Below, in pieces: positions 17,578 through 27,163 of a stretch of DNA of 58,599 nucleotides. The stretch lies in sequence record SRR2962707_945; one strand, given 5' to 3'. A program made the position numbers and the translations under genes. The notes below the pieces were generated by a model, which worked only from the letters and a program-made list of their open reading frames with translations, was not told where the DNA came from and searched no databases. The number at the start of each line of letters is the position of its first letter. Positions within the stretch are counted from its first letter, which is position 1.

Positions 17578-19485
17578 ATGCCTGAAGAATCGATAGTTGC
17601 GATCCTGTCGGTCGACAAAAAGCTCGACCTAAACATTACCGATTTTTCGATACACGAAACTTTGTCCGAGGTTCCGACGTACAGCGTGACTGTATTGGAC
17701 CAGAGTACACAATTGGACAGTCTTGTCGGTGTTACCTGTGAAATCAACTTTGCGGCTGATGCCTATACGGATTCAGAAACGCGCAGTTTTAGCGGTCTTG
17801 TCATGTCCGTTGAGCGTGTGTTGGATCGCTCTGGCTCGCCATACCTGAAGCTGGAAATACGTCCGAAACTGGCTGTTCTCGGCCTTAGTGTGCACAGCGC
17901 AATTTATCAAAAATCCACGTCTTTGGATATCTTGGAGAAGGTTCTACAACGCAATGGGCTGGCGAACGTCAAGGTTACCGGGACCATACCTCAAGCCAAG
18001 CGCGATACGGTTATTCAGTATAATGAAAACGACTTGGGTTTTTGCCGTCGCATCCTCGCCGAAGAAGGGCTCGCTTTCTATTTTCATGACGGCACGTCGC
18101 CCGAAACACTGGTGTTGCATGACGTGCGTAAACCTTTCCCCTCTGATCACAAAGAGATCGAGCTGACGGATGCTCAGATGTCAGACGTTGGGCGCATTGA
18201 AGCTTCAAGCCTTTCCTTGAGGCGGTCCTTGGGTCCAGACAAGGTCGAACTGACCCACTATGACGCAAGCGACGCGGATCAGGTGACGGCGGGGCCAGCT
18301 GTTTCAAGCGAAGCCAAATCACCCGTCACGCCTACGGTGCTTGAGTACCGGCCAGTCATTGTTGGCGATATCAAAAAAGACGAACTGAAGGTTCTTACCA
18401 ACGCAGCCCAGCGTCCAGAATTGGCGATAGCTGGTCATTGTGAACATCCAGCCATGCACTTGGGGCAGGCGCTTGATATTGCGAGCAGCGAATTTCCAGA
18501 CATGGCTGGCCGCTATATTATTTCGAGCATCACGTATACGCCAACGCGCGGCAACGCATTGATGTGCCGGTTTGAAGCTGTCCCAAAGGGCCATGTGCCT
18601 GCGCCTGAACGTTTGCCAAAACCGCTAATTGCGGGGGTACACAATGCGATTGTTGTCAGCTCACAAGCTTCGGCAAAAGCCGGCGACCCTGCCTGTGATG
18701 AGAAGGGGCGTGTGCTTGTCCAGTTTTTTTGGGACGTAGCCGACAGCAATAGCGGTTATATCCGCGTGTCGGAGCCGTTTGCTGGCAAGGGGTATGGTGC
18801 ACAATTCACGCCACGCGTCGGGCATGAGGTTCTGGTTTCTTTTTTGCATGGCGACCCGGATGCGCCCGTCGTTACCGGACAACTATACACTGAAAAACAC
18901 AAGCCGCCGTTTAACGAAAAGAACACTCACAAATCTGGATTTCGCACCCAGTTAAAGGACGGCAAGCAAAACGAGTTGGAGTTTAACGACGAAAATGACA
19001 AGGAACTTATTGGACTGCGTGCTGGCCGGGACTTTGAGTTGATTGTGAATGAAAACGTGACGCGCGAGGTCAAGAAGAACGACACAACTAAGATCGAGGA
19101 AAAAAGTAAGCTTGATATTGGTGACTCTTGGGACATCACAGTCAAGAATGATCAGACGACCAAAGCTGATAAAATCACGCTTACGGGTGACAGTGAAATC
19201 ACCTTGAAGGTTGGATCTTCTAAAATTGTTCTGAGTTCGAGTGGCATTGTCATTGATGCGCCAAAGGTCGAGATTAAGGGCCAATCCAAAGTTGATGTAG
19301 AGAGCAAGGGCCAGCTGGCTTTAGCTGGCATGTCGAGCAAGCTTGAAGCGAAAACAGCGCTTGACGTCAAAGGTATGAATGTCTCGGTGAAGGGCAGTTT
19401 AAAAACTTCACTTGAGGGAACTATGAGCGAAGTCAAAGGGTCAGGAATGGTGACGATCAAAGGCGGCGTCACCATGATTAACTAG
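17578..19485 (+). CDS. vgrG: T6SS spike protein VgrG
   Basis: 'IQYNENDLGFCRRILAEEGLAFYF', 'DEKGRVLVQFFWD', 'PRVGHEVLVSFLHGDPDAPVVTG', gp5-like C-terminal repeats; no effector extension. ATG 17578 with AGGA RBS. Confidence 0.95.
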   Translation: MPEESIVAILSVDKKLDLNITDFSIHETLSEVPTYSVTVLDQSTQLDSLVGVTCEINFAADAYTDSETRSFSGLVMSVERVLDRSGSPYLKLEIRPKLAVLGLSVHSAIYQKSTSLDILEKVLQRNGLANVKVTGTIPQAKRDTVIQYNENDLGFCRRILAEEGLAFYFHDGTSPETLVLHDVRKPFPSDHKEIELTDAQMSDVGRIEASSLSLRRSLGPDKVELTHYDASDADQVTAGPAVSSEAKSPVTPTVLEYRPVIVGDIKKDELKVLTNAAQRPELAIAGHCEHPAMHLGQALDIASSEFPDMAGRYIISSITYTPTRGNALMCRFEAVPKGHVPAPERLPKPLIAGVHNAIVVSSQASAKAGDPACDEKGRVLVQFFWDVADSNSGYIRVSEPFAGKGYGAQFTPRVGHEVLVSFLHGDPDAPVVTGQLYTEKHKPPFNEKNTHKSGFRTQLKDGKQNELEFNDENDKELIGLRAGRDFELIVNENVTREVKKNDTTKIEEKSKLDIGDSWDITVKNDQTTKADKITLTGDSEITLKVGSSKIVLSSSGIVIDAPKVEIKGQSKVDVESKGQLALAGMSSKLEAKTALDVKGMNVSVKGSLKTSLEGTMSEVKGSGMVTIKGGVTMIN

Positions 19486-19494
19486 GATCAGAAA

Positions 19495-20064
19495 ATGCTA
19501 CGTAAAATTCCATTTGATACCAGCGGCCCGATCCTTGAGCGGTTTGCCCTTAGCGAAGAGGCGGCGGGAGCCGCATCCGCTGAGCTGGAGCCCGAAGCGG
19601 CGCTTGGGGCATTGTATAAGGGTGAGCATATGGTCGATATGGCCAATTTTTTCGCTCATGGTATGCCGCCGCGAGAGGGTGTGTGTTGGGCCGTTGCTGT
19701 GCTGCGAGAAATGCGGCCAGAGATGAGCGCGGCAGACAAAGAGATATTGGCGCTGGCTGAAAAGTGGATCAAGGACCCGCAAGAAGCTGTGCGTATCCGT
19801 CTTATGGAAGAGGCCGAGAGCCGAGACAGTGAAGACCCGATTTTTTGGTTGTGCAACGCCGTTGCGTGGAACGGGTCGGGCAGCATGGCCCCCAAAGACG
19901 GGCCCGTGGTTTTGCCTCCGATCGGGTTATATGCGTCGGCTCTTTTGGGCGCTGTCGGGCTACTTGGCGGTACCACAGAAGAGAGCCTGAAAGCCCTTCA
20001 TGAGAGCGCCTATCGCTGGGGTATGAATGTGGCGCAAGGAGGCTGGCCAAATCTGGCTGACTGA
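19495..20064 (+). CDS. DUF6931-like T6SS-associated protein
   Basis: 'FFAHGMPPREGVCWA', 'AEKWIKDP', 'GSGSMAP..GPVV'; lies between vgrG and PAAR. Confidence 0.7.
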   Translation: MLRKIPFDTSGPILERFALSEEAAGAASAELEPEAALGALYKGEHMVDMANFFAHGMPPREGVCWAVAVLREMRPEMSAADKEILALAEKWIKDPQEAVRIRLMEEAESRDSEDPIFWLCNAVAWNGSGSMAPKDGPVVLPPIGLYASALLGAVGLLGGTTEESLKALHESAYRWGMNVAQGGWPNLAD

Positions 20065-20085
20065 TTTCTAGACGGGAGCTAATAG

Positions 20086-20382
20086 ATGCCTGGACCACCT
20101 GCCGCGCGCATTACAGATATGCATGTTTGCCCGATGACAACGGGCCCTGTTCCGCATGTTGGCGGCCCTATTATTGTACCCGCCGCCCCGACGGTTCTGA
20201 TTGGTATGATGCCTGCCGCAGGGATGGGGAGTATGGTCACATGTGTTGGGCCCCCTGATACAATCATTAAGGGCAGTGCGACGGTTTTGGTTTCAAAAAA
20301 ACCGCTTGCACGCATGGGTGACAGCTGTGCCCATGGGGGCGCGATTGTTCTTGGGTGTCCGACTGTTCTGGTTGGAGGCTGA
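20086..20382 (+). CDS. PAAR domain spike-tip protein
   Basis: 'PAARITDMHVCP', 'PAAGMG', 'PLARMGDSCAHGG'; 98 aa, no toxin extension. Confidence 0.93.
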   Translation: MPGPPAARITDMHVCPMTTGPVPHVGGPIIVPAAPTVLIGMMPAAGMGSMVTCVGPPDTIIKGSATVLVSKKPLARMGDSCAHGGAIVLGCPTVLVGG

Positions 20383-20698
20383 CATCTGACCGCATTTTCA
20401 AAGCCTTCCTGAGATAAGCCGCTTTGAGGCAAAACTCTGGCACCGATCATTATTGGTGCCTTGGAAAAAGTTTATTTATTACAAACCTTTAAGAGAATGC
20501 TGTAAAACTGGGGAATTTTCTTTTGGCATTTTTCGGCCATTAGTACTATTAAGTATTTGGTCCGTAAGGTTTTTGATGTCCAGCTTGAAGTCGTATTTTC
20601 GTACTTCAACTAGAGGCATTTAACGCGAGTGGTGCCAGCCTATGTTTCGGAACGTTATTTTTTAAAATCAAAGCTTACCCAAAAGGCAAGTCTTTACC

Positions 20699-21550
20699 AT
20701 GGCACGTATTAATTGGCTCGCTTTTCGAGAAATATACTTTAAAATTCTGGTTTCAATACTCGTTGTTATTGCCGCAATGCTTTTGTTGCAGGACGCGCTT
20801 AACCATCTGAAATTACGCGCGTTAGTAGCTGAGGCTACTTCTTCGAGATTGCAAATTTCGGCGTCGACGATCGAGTCTGCGATCGTCCGCTCGGAAGGTC
20901 TTGGCCTTTCCATGGATGAAATGGCTGGCCTGCAAGATTTGCTGGATCGCGAGCGTGAGCGGGATCCGAGCGTTGTGCAAATCGAAATAGTTTCTCCTAT
21001 CGGAGCACCTGTTGTTTCTTCGGGTTCCGGGCCGCTTGTTCCGACGGGCACCGATCTGGCTGAGGACATCGAGAAAGAGCGGGAGCAAGCGTTGAGGCGG
21101 GTTCTGGGCGCGCGCGATAAGGTGACGTTGTTCGACGCGGGTTCGCATTTGTACACAGGTCGTGTCATCTACGATTCAAGCGACGCCATCATGGGGGCAA
21201 TTATCCTCACGACGCCGACGGTTGCATATATGCAGCGCGCAAATCTGGCCTCCGAGAAGATGAGGAAATCTTATCTGATCGTCTTTGCAATTGTCGCGGC
21301 ATTGCTCATTCCCTTTATAGTGGTTCAGTTTTCCGGGGTGCGCTACGCGTTCCGCGCATTCGATCCAGATCTGGTTGGCAAGGGGGTGAGTAATGGTGAC
21401 GATTTCCCGCCGGAAACCCGGGAATTGCTTGCTTCAATCGAGATGGGGAATAGCCAGTATTCCAAAAGTTCAGAAGAGCTGGATGACATTCTAAAGCATG
21501 ATGCGGCAGGCATGAGTGATGAACAGGCCGCGCTTGGGAAGAAAGTATGA
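20699..21550 (+). CDS. Membrane protein with TM-periplasmic-TM sensor-like topology
   Basis: Two hydrophobic helices flanking ~160 aa; no kinase or other output domain; overlaps the MFS start by 4 bp. Confidence 0.72.
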   Translation: MARINWLAFREIYFKILVSILVVIAAMLLLQDALNHLKLRALVAEATSSRLQISASTIESAIVRSEGLGLSMDEMAGLQDLLDRERERDPSVVQIEIVSPIGAPVVSSGSGPLVPTGTDLAEDIEKEREQALRRVLGARDKVTLFDAGSHLYTGRVIYDSSDAIMGAIILTTPTVAYMQRANLASEKMRKSYLIVFAIVAALLIPFIVVQFSGVRYAFRAFDPDLVGKGVSNGDDFPPETRELLASIEMGNSQYSKSSEELDDILKHDAAGMSDEQAALGKKV

Positions 21551-23616
21551 GCGATATTTCACAAGCTGTTCGCGTCTCGCTGATTTCCGGCTTTTCACGA
21601 CGTCTTTTCCTAAGCACCTCGCTGGCAATGGTGCTTGCCGCGACGTTGAGCCTGATAATCACCGTCGTACATTTCAACGCAGGTTTGCGCCCTTACCTTG
21701 TAGATAAGGCGCGCGCCGTTGCTGTGTCGGTCCAGCAGGACATCGAATATGCAATGAGCATTGGTATTCCGTTTGAAGAAATTCGCGGTCTGGACCAGCA
21801 TATGGACGCTCTGGTTCGGGAGCATCCCGAAGTGAGTGCAATGCGTGTTGATGCCGTTTCGACTGGTGTTGATGGGTCTGGTGCGTTTGACAGTGAAGCG
21901 GACACAAAAACGGGCATCGCCTCCCTCATTATTTATGCTGTGTCCGAACTTTCCTCTGCCCTGTCTCTAGGCGACGAGTACGTTGATACCGTGTCTGTCG
22001 AGGTCGTTCAAAACGGTGTCGTGCTGGCAAACGTCGTCTCACATATGGATGAGAGTTATCTAAATGGTAAGATGACGTCGGTGTTTTTCGATACGCTCGT
22101 GATTTTGATTGCGGTGTCGCTGGTCGCGCTAGAGGTCATCGTCGTTCTTTCAACATCGCAACTTTCTGAGCCTTTCCTGGTTGCTGAAAGGGCCCTGAAC
22201 TATCGCGCAGCGGGGGACCTGAGGCAGTATCAAGGTGGGCTTGGCCGCGGTCGCCTTTCACGGTTCATTAGGACGCTGAACGTTTACAATGCCGCGCTTC
22301 GGGATCGGCTGAAATCGGCGATGGAGAGCGTCAAAGATACGCGCATCCGTGAAGAGCTGGCTGGGTTTTCAGAACGCACCAAGCTTTTTGTGACAGATGC
22401 GCGGCAGAAAGCATCGATCATGGATGCACGGATTCCGTTGTTTGTTTTCTGCTTTGCGGAGGAGCTGCAAAAATCCTTCCTGCCACTGTTTGTTGCAGAA
22501 TTCTATTCCGAGGGTGATCTGTTTTCGCGCGATATTATGATGGGTCTGCCGATTTCGGCGTTCATGTTTGTGATCGCCGCGTTTACACCATTTGCCGGCA
22601 AGCTGGTCGATAAATTTGGCAACAAGCCGTTGTTTCTAGCTGGATTGGTCCCTGCCATCGGTGGCTACTTGATGTGTTATCTGGCGCAAAACAGTAATGA
22701 TATTCTGATCGGTCGGTCCATGACCGCTATTGGCTATGCCGTTATTACCATCAGCTGCCAAAGCTATATTGCAAATGTTGTTGTCGCCGAAAACAGGGCG
22801 CGCGGAATGGCCGTCTTTGTCGGCGTCTTGATGAGTGCAACCATGTGTGGAACGGCGATTGGTGCCATCTTGGCTGATTGGCTCGGTTTCAAAGCCGTAT
22901 TCTTGTTTGCGATTTGCTTTGCCGCGATGGCCGGATTTCTGGGTTGGAACATGTTGAGCACAGATTTGCCCGCTGTGGAAAAGAAGAAACCAGCGGCAAA
23001 CTTGAGCAGAAGTCCGATTGCGACGTTGCTTCGAAATTCTCAATTCGTCTTGATCGTGCTTTTCTGTGCGATACCGGCCAAAGTGATACTGACAGGTTTC
23101 CTTTATCTTTATGTGCCGATTTATCTGGCCAGTCTTGATGCGACCCAGTCCGAGATCGGGCGCGTCATGATGCTGTATTCCTTGATTATTATTCCGATCA
23201 GCCCGCTTGCCTCGGGATTTGCGGATCGTCTGGGCAAGAATTTGTGGATGGTTATCTTTGCGACGATTGCGTCCGGAATCGTTCTGCTAGGGCTTTATCA
23301 AAACGCCAGTGTTGCAATGGTTCTCGTTGTCGTCGCGGCGCTTGGGGTTGTGCATGCATTCCTGAAGGCTCCGCTCATTGTTGCGGCGATGGAGGCAGCA
23401 GAGAAAAGCCCGGATATCACCCGGACTGGCGCGTTAAGTCTCTTGCGGACAAGCGAACGGATAGGTTCGGTTATCGGGCCGGTCGTTGTTGCTGCGATGC
23501 TGGTCGTCCTCGATTTTGGCGAAGTTGCCGCGATCTTGGGCATTACGGTGGCTATACTTGGTGGGGTGATGGCTATCCTTTCGCTTAACCAGAAAGGTCG
23601 CGCGTCTCATGTATAA
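21547..23616 (+). CDS. MFS transporter fused to an N-terminal sensor-like domain
   Basis: C-terminal ~400 aa with MFS motif A 'GKLVDKFGNK' and 'GFADRLGK'; N-terminal ~290 aa with TM-periplasmic-TM-helical linker. Confidence 0.85.
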   Translation: MSDISQAVRVSLISGFSRRLFLSTSLAMVLAATLSLIITVVHFNAGLRPYLVDKARAVAVSVQQDIEYAMSIGIPFEEIRGLDQHMDALVREHPEVSAMRVDAVSTGVDGSGAFDSEADTKTGIASLIIYAVSELSSALSLGDEYVDTVSVEVVQNGVVLANVVSHMDESYLNGKMTSVFFDTLVILIAVSLVALEVIVVLSTSQLSEPFLVAERALNYRAAGDLRQYQGGLGRGRLSRFIRTLNVYNAALRDRLKSAMESVKDTRIREELAGFSERTKLFVTDARQKASIMDARIPLFVFCFAEELQKSFLPLFVAEFYSEGDLFSRDIMMGLPISAFMFVIAAFTPFAGKLVDKFGNKPLFLAGLVPAIGGYLMCYLAQNSNDILIGRSMTAIGYAVITISCQSYIANVVVAENRARGMAVFVGVLMSATMCGTAIGAILADWLGFKAVFLFAICFAAMAGFLGWNMLSTDLPAVEKKKPAANLSRSPIATLLRNSQFVLIVLFCAIPAKVILTGFLYLYVPIYLASLDATQSEIGRVMMLYSLIIIPISPLASGFADRLGKNLWMVIFATIASGIVLLGLYQNASVAMVLVVVAALGVVHAFLKAPLIVAAMEAAEKSPDITRTGALSLLRTSERIGSVIGPVVVAAMLVVLDFGEVAAILGITVAILGGVMAILSLNQKGRASHV

Positions 23617-24634
23617 ACGTATAATGATCTTGTTGTGCATGTTGACAGGCTTGGCGCTGCTGATGTCTGTAAACCCCGTATCCGCGCAGTCCAATAGCGG
23701 CGATGACCGGGTGCAACAGGTGCACATGGTCGTTTGGCGTGGTTGCGAGGCGGCCTGTCTTGGCTTCATCCGTTATTTTGAAGATCGGGATCTGCCCGTT
23801 AATGTTACCGTTACGGACGTGAGCCGCGATAAAACCCAGCTTCCCATTATTCAAAAACAGTTGATTAAGGAGAGGCCAGATCTAGTGGTCACTTGGGGGA
23901 CGAGCGTATCGCGCGGTATCTTGGGGACCATAACCGAGTTTGGTTCGGCCTCGGCGCTCGGGGATATACCCGCTGTTTTCATGATTGTCGCCGATCCGGT
24001 AGGCTCGCAGCTTGTAGAAAGCTATGATGCAAGCGGACGCCCAATGATTTCCGGCGTACGCAACCGTGTGCCTGAAAAGGTTCAGCTTAATCTGCTGTTT
24101 GAGTACTATCGACCTAATAAAATGGGCGTGCTGAACAGCCCAAGCGAGCTGAACTCGGCGTTAAACACCGAAAGCTTGCGCGCGATTGCTGATGAATTTT
24201 CGTTTGAATTGGTCGAGCATCTTTATACCCCTGACGAAAATGGTGAAATAGACCCAAGCCAAATTCCCACAGCCCTCGCAGAGCTAAAGCGGTTGGGCGC
24301 GGATGCGGTTTATGTCGGCTCTAGCAGCTTCAATTTGGAAAATCAGTCAGCTTTCGTCGATGCCGCAACGGCGCTAAATTTGCCGGTCTTCAGCGCATAT
24401 GCACAGATGGTGAAAGATGCTGGTGCTTTGATGGCCGTTGGAACAAGCTATTCGAACGTTGGGCGTTTGGCGGCAGTGCAAGCAGAGCACGTTGTATTGG
24501 GCGGCATCGAGCCTGGCGATTTAGAGGTTAAGTCGCTGAATAGATATTCGGTTATTCTAAACATGAGATCTGCAAGAAAACTATCGCTATATCCACCTTT
24601 ATCCTTGTTAACAGTAGCTGAAATTGTACAGTGA
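23609..24634 (+). CDS. ABC-type substrate-binding protein (ABC_sub_bind family)
   Basis: Signal peptide; 'PDLVVTWGT', 'IPAVF.IVADPVGSQLVES', 'LNMRSARKL'. Confidence 0.83.
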   Translation: MYKRIMILLCMLTGLALLMSVNPVSAQSNSGDDRVQQVHMVVWRGCEAACLGFIRYFEDRDLPVNVTVTDVSRDKTQLPIIQKQLIKERPDLVVTWGTSVSRGILGTITEFGSASALGDIPAVFMIVADPVGSQLVESYDASGRPMISGVRNRVPEKVQLNLLFEYYRPNKMGVLNSPSELNSALNTESLRAIADEFSFELVEHLYTPDENGEIDPSQIPTALAELKRLGADAVYVGSSSFNLENQSAFVDAATALNLPVFSAYAQMVKDAGALMAVGTSYSNVGRLAAVQAEHVVLGGIEPGDLEVKSLNRYSVILNMRSARKLSLYPPLSLLTVAEIVQ

Positions 24635-24665
24635 CGCATGGTTAACTTGAGAAATGAATTATTGA

Positions 24666-26072
24666 ATGAATAATCTCAGTGACGCCATATCCGGAGAGAA
24701 TGCATTTGGCGTTTTCCTTAAGGATGAGAAAACAACGTATAGAGCTTTGCGGTCCGCATTTAATGCGGCTCAAGCAAGTTGGCGCAGTCTTTCTGAGACA
24801 CCTGAATCCTTAAGTGATCGTGAAAAGGCAGCAGCCAATTCTGCGGCTTGGGCAACGCTAGCCGAGCTGTGCGAAGCGTGCCTGACGTCCACGTCAAAAG
24901 ATCTCGAGGTGCTGTCATGGTTTGTCGCGGCGCAACTGCATTCGGCGAAACCCTTTGAGAATTGTCGTGATGCGCTGGCCCTATTGAGCGGTCTTGTCGA
25001 GACGAGCTTGGATCAGCTGCACCCGATGCCGCCAGTTGAAAAGCTGAAGGGCGATACCGATGAAGCGCGTGCGAGCGAAATTGCCGCGCTGCGAATGCGC
25101 CCGTTTGTGCAACTGTTCGGAGAGGTTGAAGGCTCGGGTCTTTTGATCGGGCCGATGACAAACCTGAATTTGATCGGCGAGGTGACGTTTGGAAAAATCA
25201 CTCTTGCCGAAAAAGATGGCGCACTTGATGGCATTCGCGCGGATGTAGGTGCCCATATTTCTGCTGAATCTGACGCATTGACGCGTAAGATCGAAGCGCT
25301 TCAGCAGATGGTTGTTTTTATTCAGACAATTGAAACTTCGGTAAAGAGCTACGCTGCCCAGCATTCTCAGACCCCGCCACTGATCGGTTACGGCGTTCGA
25401 CTGATGAAGGATGTTTTGACCGCCTGCGAGAAGATGGTGGATGGAACGGGTTTTGCTTGGCCAGGACAGGACGAGGGTGATGCTGAACCGGCTACCGCAG
25501 AAGGTGGCAATGTTGACACTGACGTCGAGACTGGCGCGCCGGTGCAAGGCCAAAAAGTAGCGGCAGGCGGCGGTTTTAACGCGAATTTAAATGTGTCTAA
25601 TCGTCATGATGCGCTTGTGGCGATTGCTCAGCTTGCTGGGTATTTCCGCAAGGCTGAACCGCATTCGCCGATCTGCCTTTTGCTTGATCGCGCTGTACGC
25701 TGGGGAAACCTGAATGCGGCCGATCTGTATCGAGAGATATTGACCGAAGGTTCTGTCGGTATGTCGCAAATGGCGTTGATGACCGGTCTGGAAAGCCAAG
25801 GCTTTTCCGACAACTTTGCGCGTCGTGGTGCCGGGGCCGCAGGTACAGTTGAGCACCCCGTGCTGGATAATTACGCCGCCGCAATTCCTGTGCCAAAGGA
25901 TACATCCGAATTATCGGCATCCGCGCCGCAAGATTTTGCGTCAATGCAAGCTGTGCCACCCGCTGTTCAAGCGGTCAAGCCGTCGGTTGATCCCGTAGCG
26001 GAAGAGCCGACGACTGATGCTGAACCAGTCGAGGCTGAACAAAATTTACCGGTAAAAAGTTTTCAGTGGTAA
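24666..26072 (+). CDS. tssA: T6SS TssA (ImpA N-terminal domain)
   Basis: 'SKDLEVLSW', 'LHP', C-terminal 'YFRKAEPHSPICLLLDRAVRWG'. Confidence 0.88.
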   Translation: MNNLSDAISGENAFGVFLKDEKTTYRALRSAFNAAQASWRSLSETPESLSDREKAAANSAAWATLAELCEACLTSTSKDLEVLSWFVAAQLHSAKPFENCRDALALLSGLVETSLDQLHPMPPVEKLKGDTDEARASEIAALRMRPFVQLFGEVEGSGLLIGPMTNLNLIGEVTFGKITLAEKDGALDGIRADVGAHISAESDALTRKIEALQQMVVFIQTIETSVKSYAAQHSQTPPLIGYGVRLMKDVLTACEKMVDGTGFAWPGQDEGDAEPATAEGGNVDTDVETGAPVQGQKVAAGGGFNANLNVSNRHDALVAIAQLAGYFRKAEPHSPICLLLDRAVRWGNLNAADLYREILTEGSVGMSQMALMTGLESQGFSDNFARRGAGAAGTVEHPVLDNYAAAIPVPKDTSELSASAPQDFASMQAVPPAVQAVKPSVDPVAEEPTTDAEPVEAEQNLPVKSFQW

Positions 26073-26110
26073 TGTCTGATTATTAAACAACCCAACAGAA
26101 AGGATGACAC

Positions 26111-26632
26111 ATGTCTGGTATATTTATGCGGATCGATGGAATTGATAGTTTTAAGGGGATGGCGAGCGTCGAAGAGATCGCGGGAAAGAAAGGTTTCTTT
26201 CCTATCTCCAGCTTCTCCATGGGCTATTCACGCTCAATCTATGTCGCAGTTGGTTCGGCTGGTGATGCTGAAAGCGGTATTCCTGCGATTGGCGATGTAA
26301 GTATTATGCGTGAGCCTGACGCCGCTTCTGCTATTTTGGAGACGCTGTTCTTTGCTCCGGGTGACAAGGGCAAAACGATTGAAATCGTCGAGACCAAAAC
26401 AAACCCCGGCGGCGACGGCATGATTCCACGCAGGGTTGTTACGCTCGAAGAAGCGCGCCTTTCAAGCTATGGGACAGACCCAAGCGCGTGCTCAATGACC
26501 CTCGCGTTCACGACAATTTCGGTGACGCACTACTTCCAAACTGACGCTGGTGGCGTGGAAAAAGGCGATGTTGTTAAGTTTGACCTTAAAACTGGCAAGC
26601 TGGTTTCCGGCAACCAAGCCGCTAAAAAGTAA
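26111..26632 (+). CDS. hcp: T6SS tube protein Hcp (divergent)
   Basis: 'IFMRIDGI', 'FPISSFSMG', 'PDAASAIL', 'VTLEEARLSSY', 'FDLKTG'; located between tssA and tssB. Confidence 0.85.
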   Translation: MSGIFMRIDGIDSFKGMASVEEIAGKKGFFPISSFSMGYSRSIYVAVGSAGDAESGIPAIGDVSIMREPDAASAILETLFFAPGDKGKTIEIVETKTNPGGDGMIPRRVVTLEEARLSSYGTDPSACSMTLAFTTISVTHYFQTDAGGVEKGDVVKFDLKTGKLVSGNQAAKK

Positions 26633-26653
26633 CCCTTTTTCGGAGGATTTAAG

Positions 26654-27151
26654 ATGGCACTTAACGCACAGCACAAGCGTGTTAGTAAAAACCGTGTCAG
26701 CATCACTTATGATGTTGAAGACGGCGGTTCTGTTCAGCAAAAAGAGCTGGCTTTTGTAACCGGTATGATCGGCGGTTACTCAGGGGATCGCCAGGATAAA
26801 GAAGCGATCGAGGATCGTACATTCTACCAAGTGGATAAGGACAATTTTAACGATGTCCTCACACGGGTAGCGCCAAGATTGACCTACACGGTTGAAAACA
26901 AGGTGCAGGATGATGGGTCAGAGTTTGAAGTCGATCTTGATTTCAAATCGATGAAAGATTTCGAACCGGATGCGATTGTCGACAAGGTAGAGCCTTTGCG
27001 CAAATTGGCCGAGACGCGCGAGAAGTTGATGACGCTCGTCGCTAAAGCGGACCGTTCACGTGACCTGGAGAAAGTTCTCAAGGAAATTCTGCAGGATAGT
27101 GATATGGTCAAAGCACTGGGCGACGAGCTCGGTTCCGGCAAAGAAGAATAA
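26654..27151 (+). CDS. tssB: T6SS sheath small subunit TssB
   Basis: 'RVSITYDVE', 'KELAFVTG', 'VDKDNFNDV', 'FKSMKDFEPD..V..VEPLRKL'. Confidence 0.95.
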   Translation: MALNAQHKRVSKNRVSITYDVEDGGSVQQKELAFVTGMIGGYSGDRQDKEAIEDRTFYQVDKDNFNDVLTRVAPRLTYTVENKVQDDGSEFEVDLDFKSMKDFEPDAIVDKVEPLRKLAETREKLMTLVAKADRSRDLEKVLKEILQDSDMVKALGDELGSGKEE

Positions 27152-27163
27152 GGGAGGCATCTA

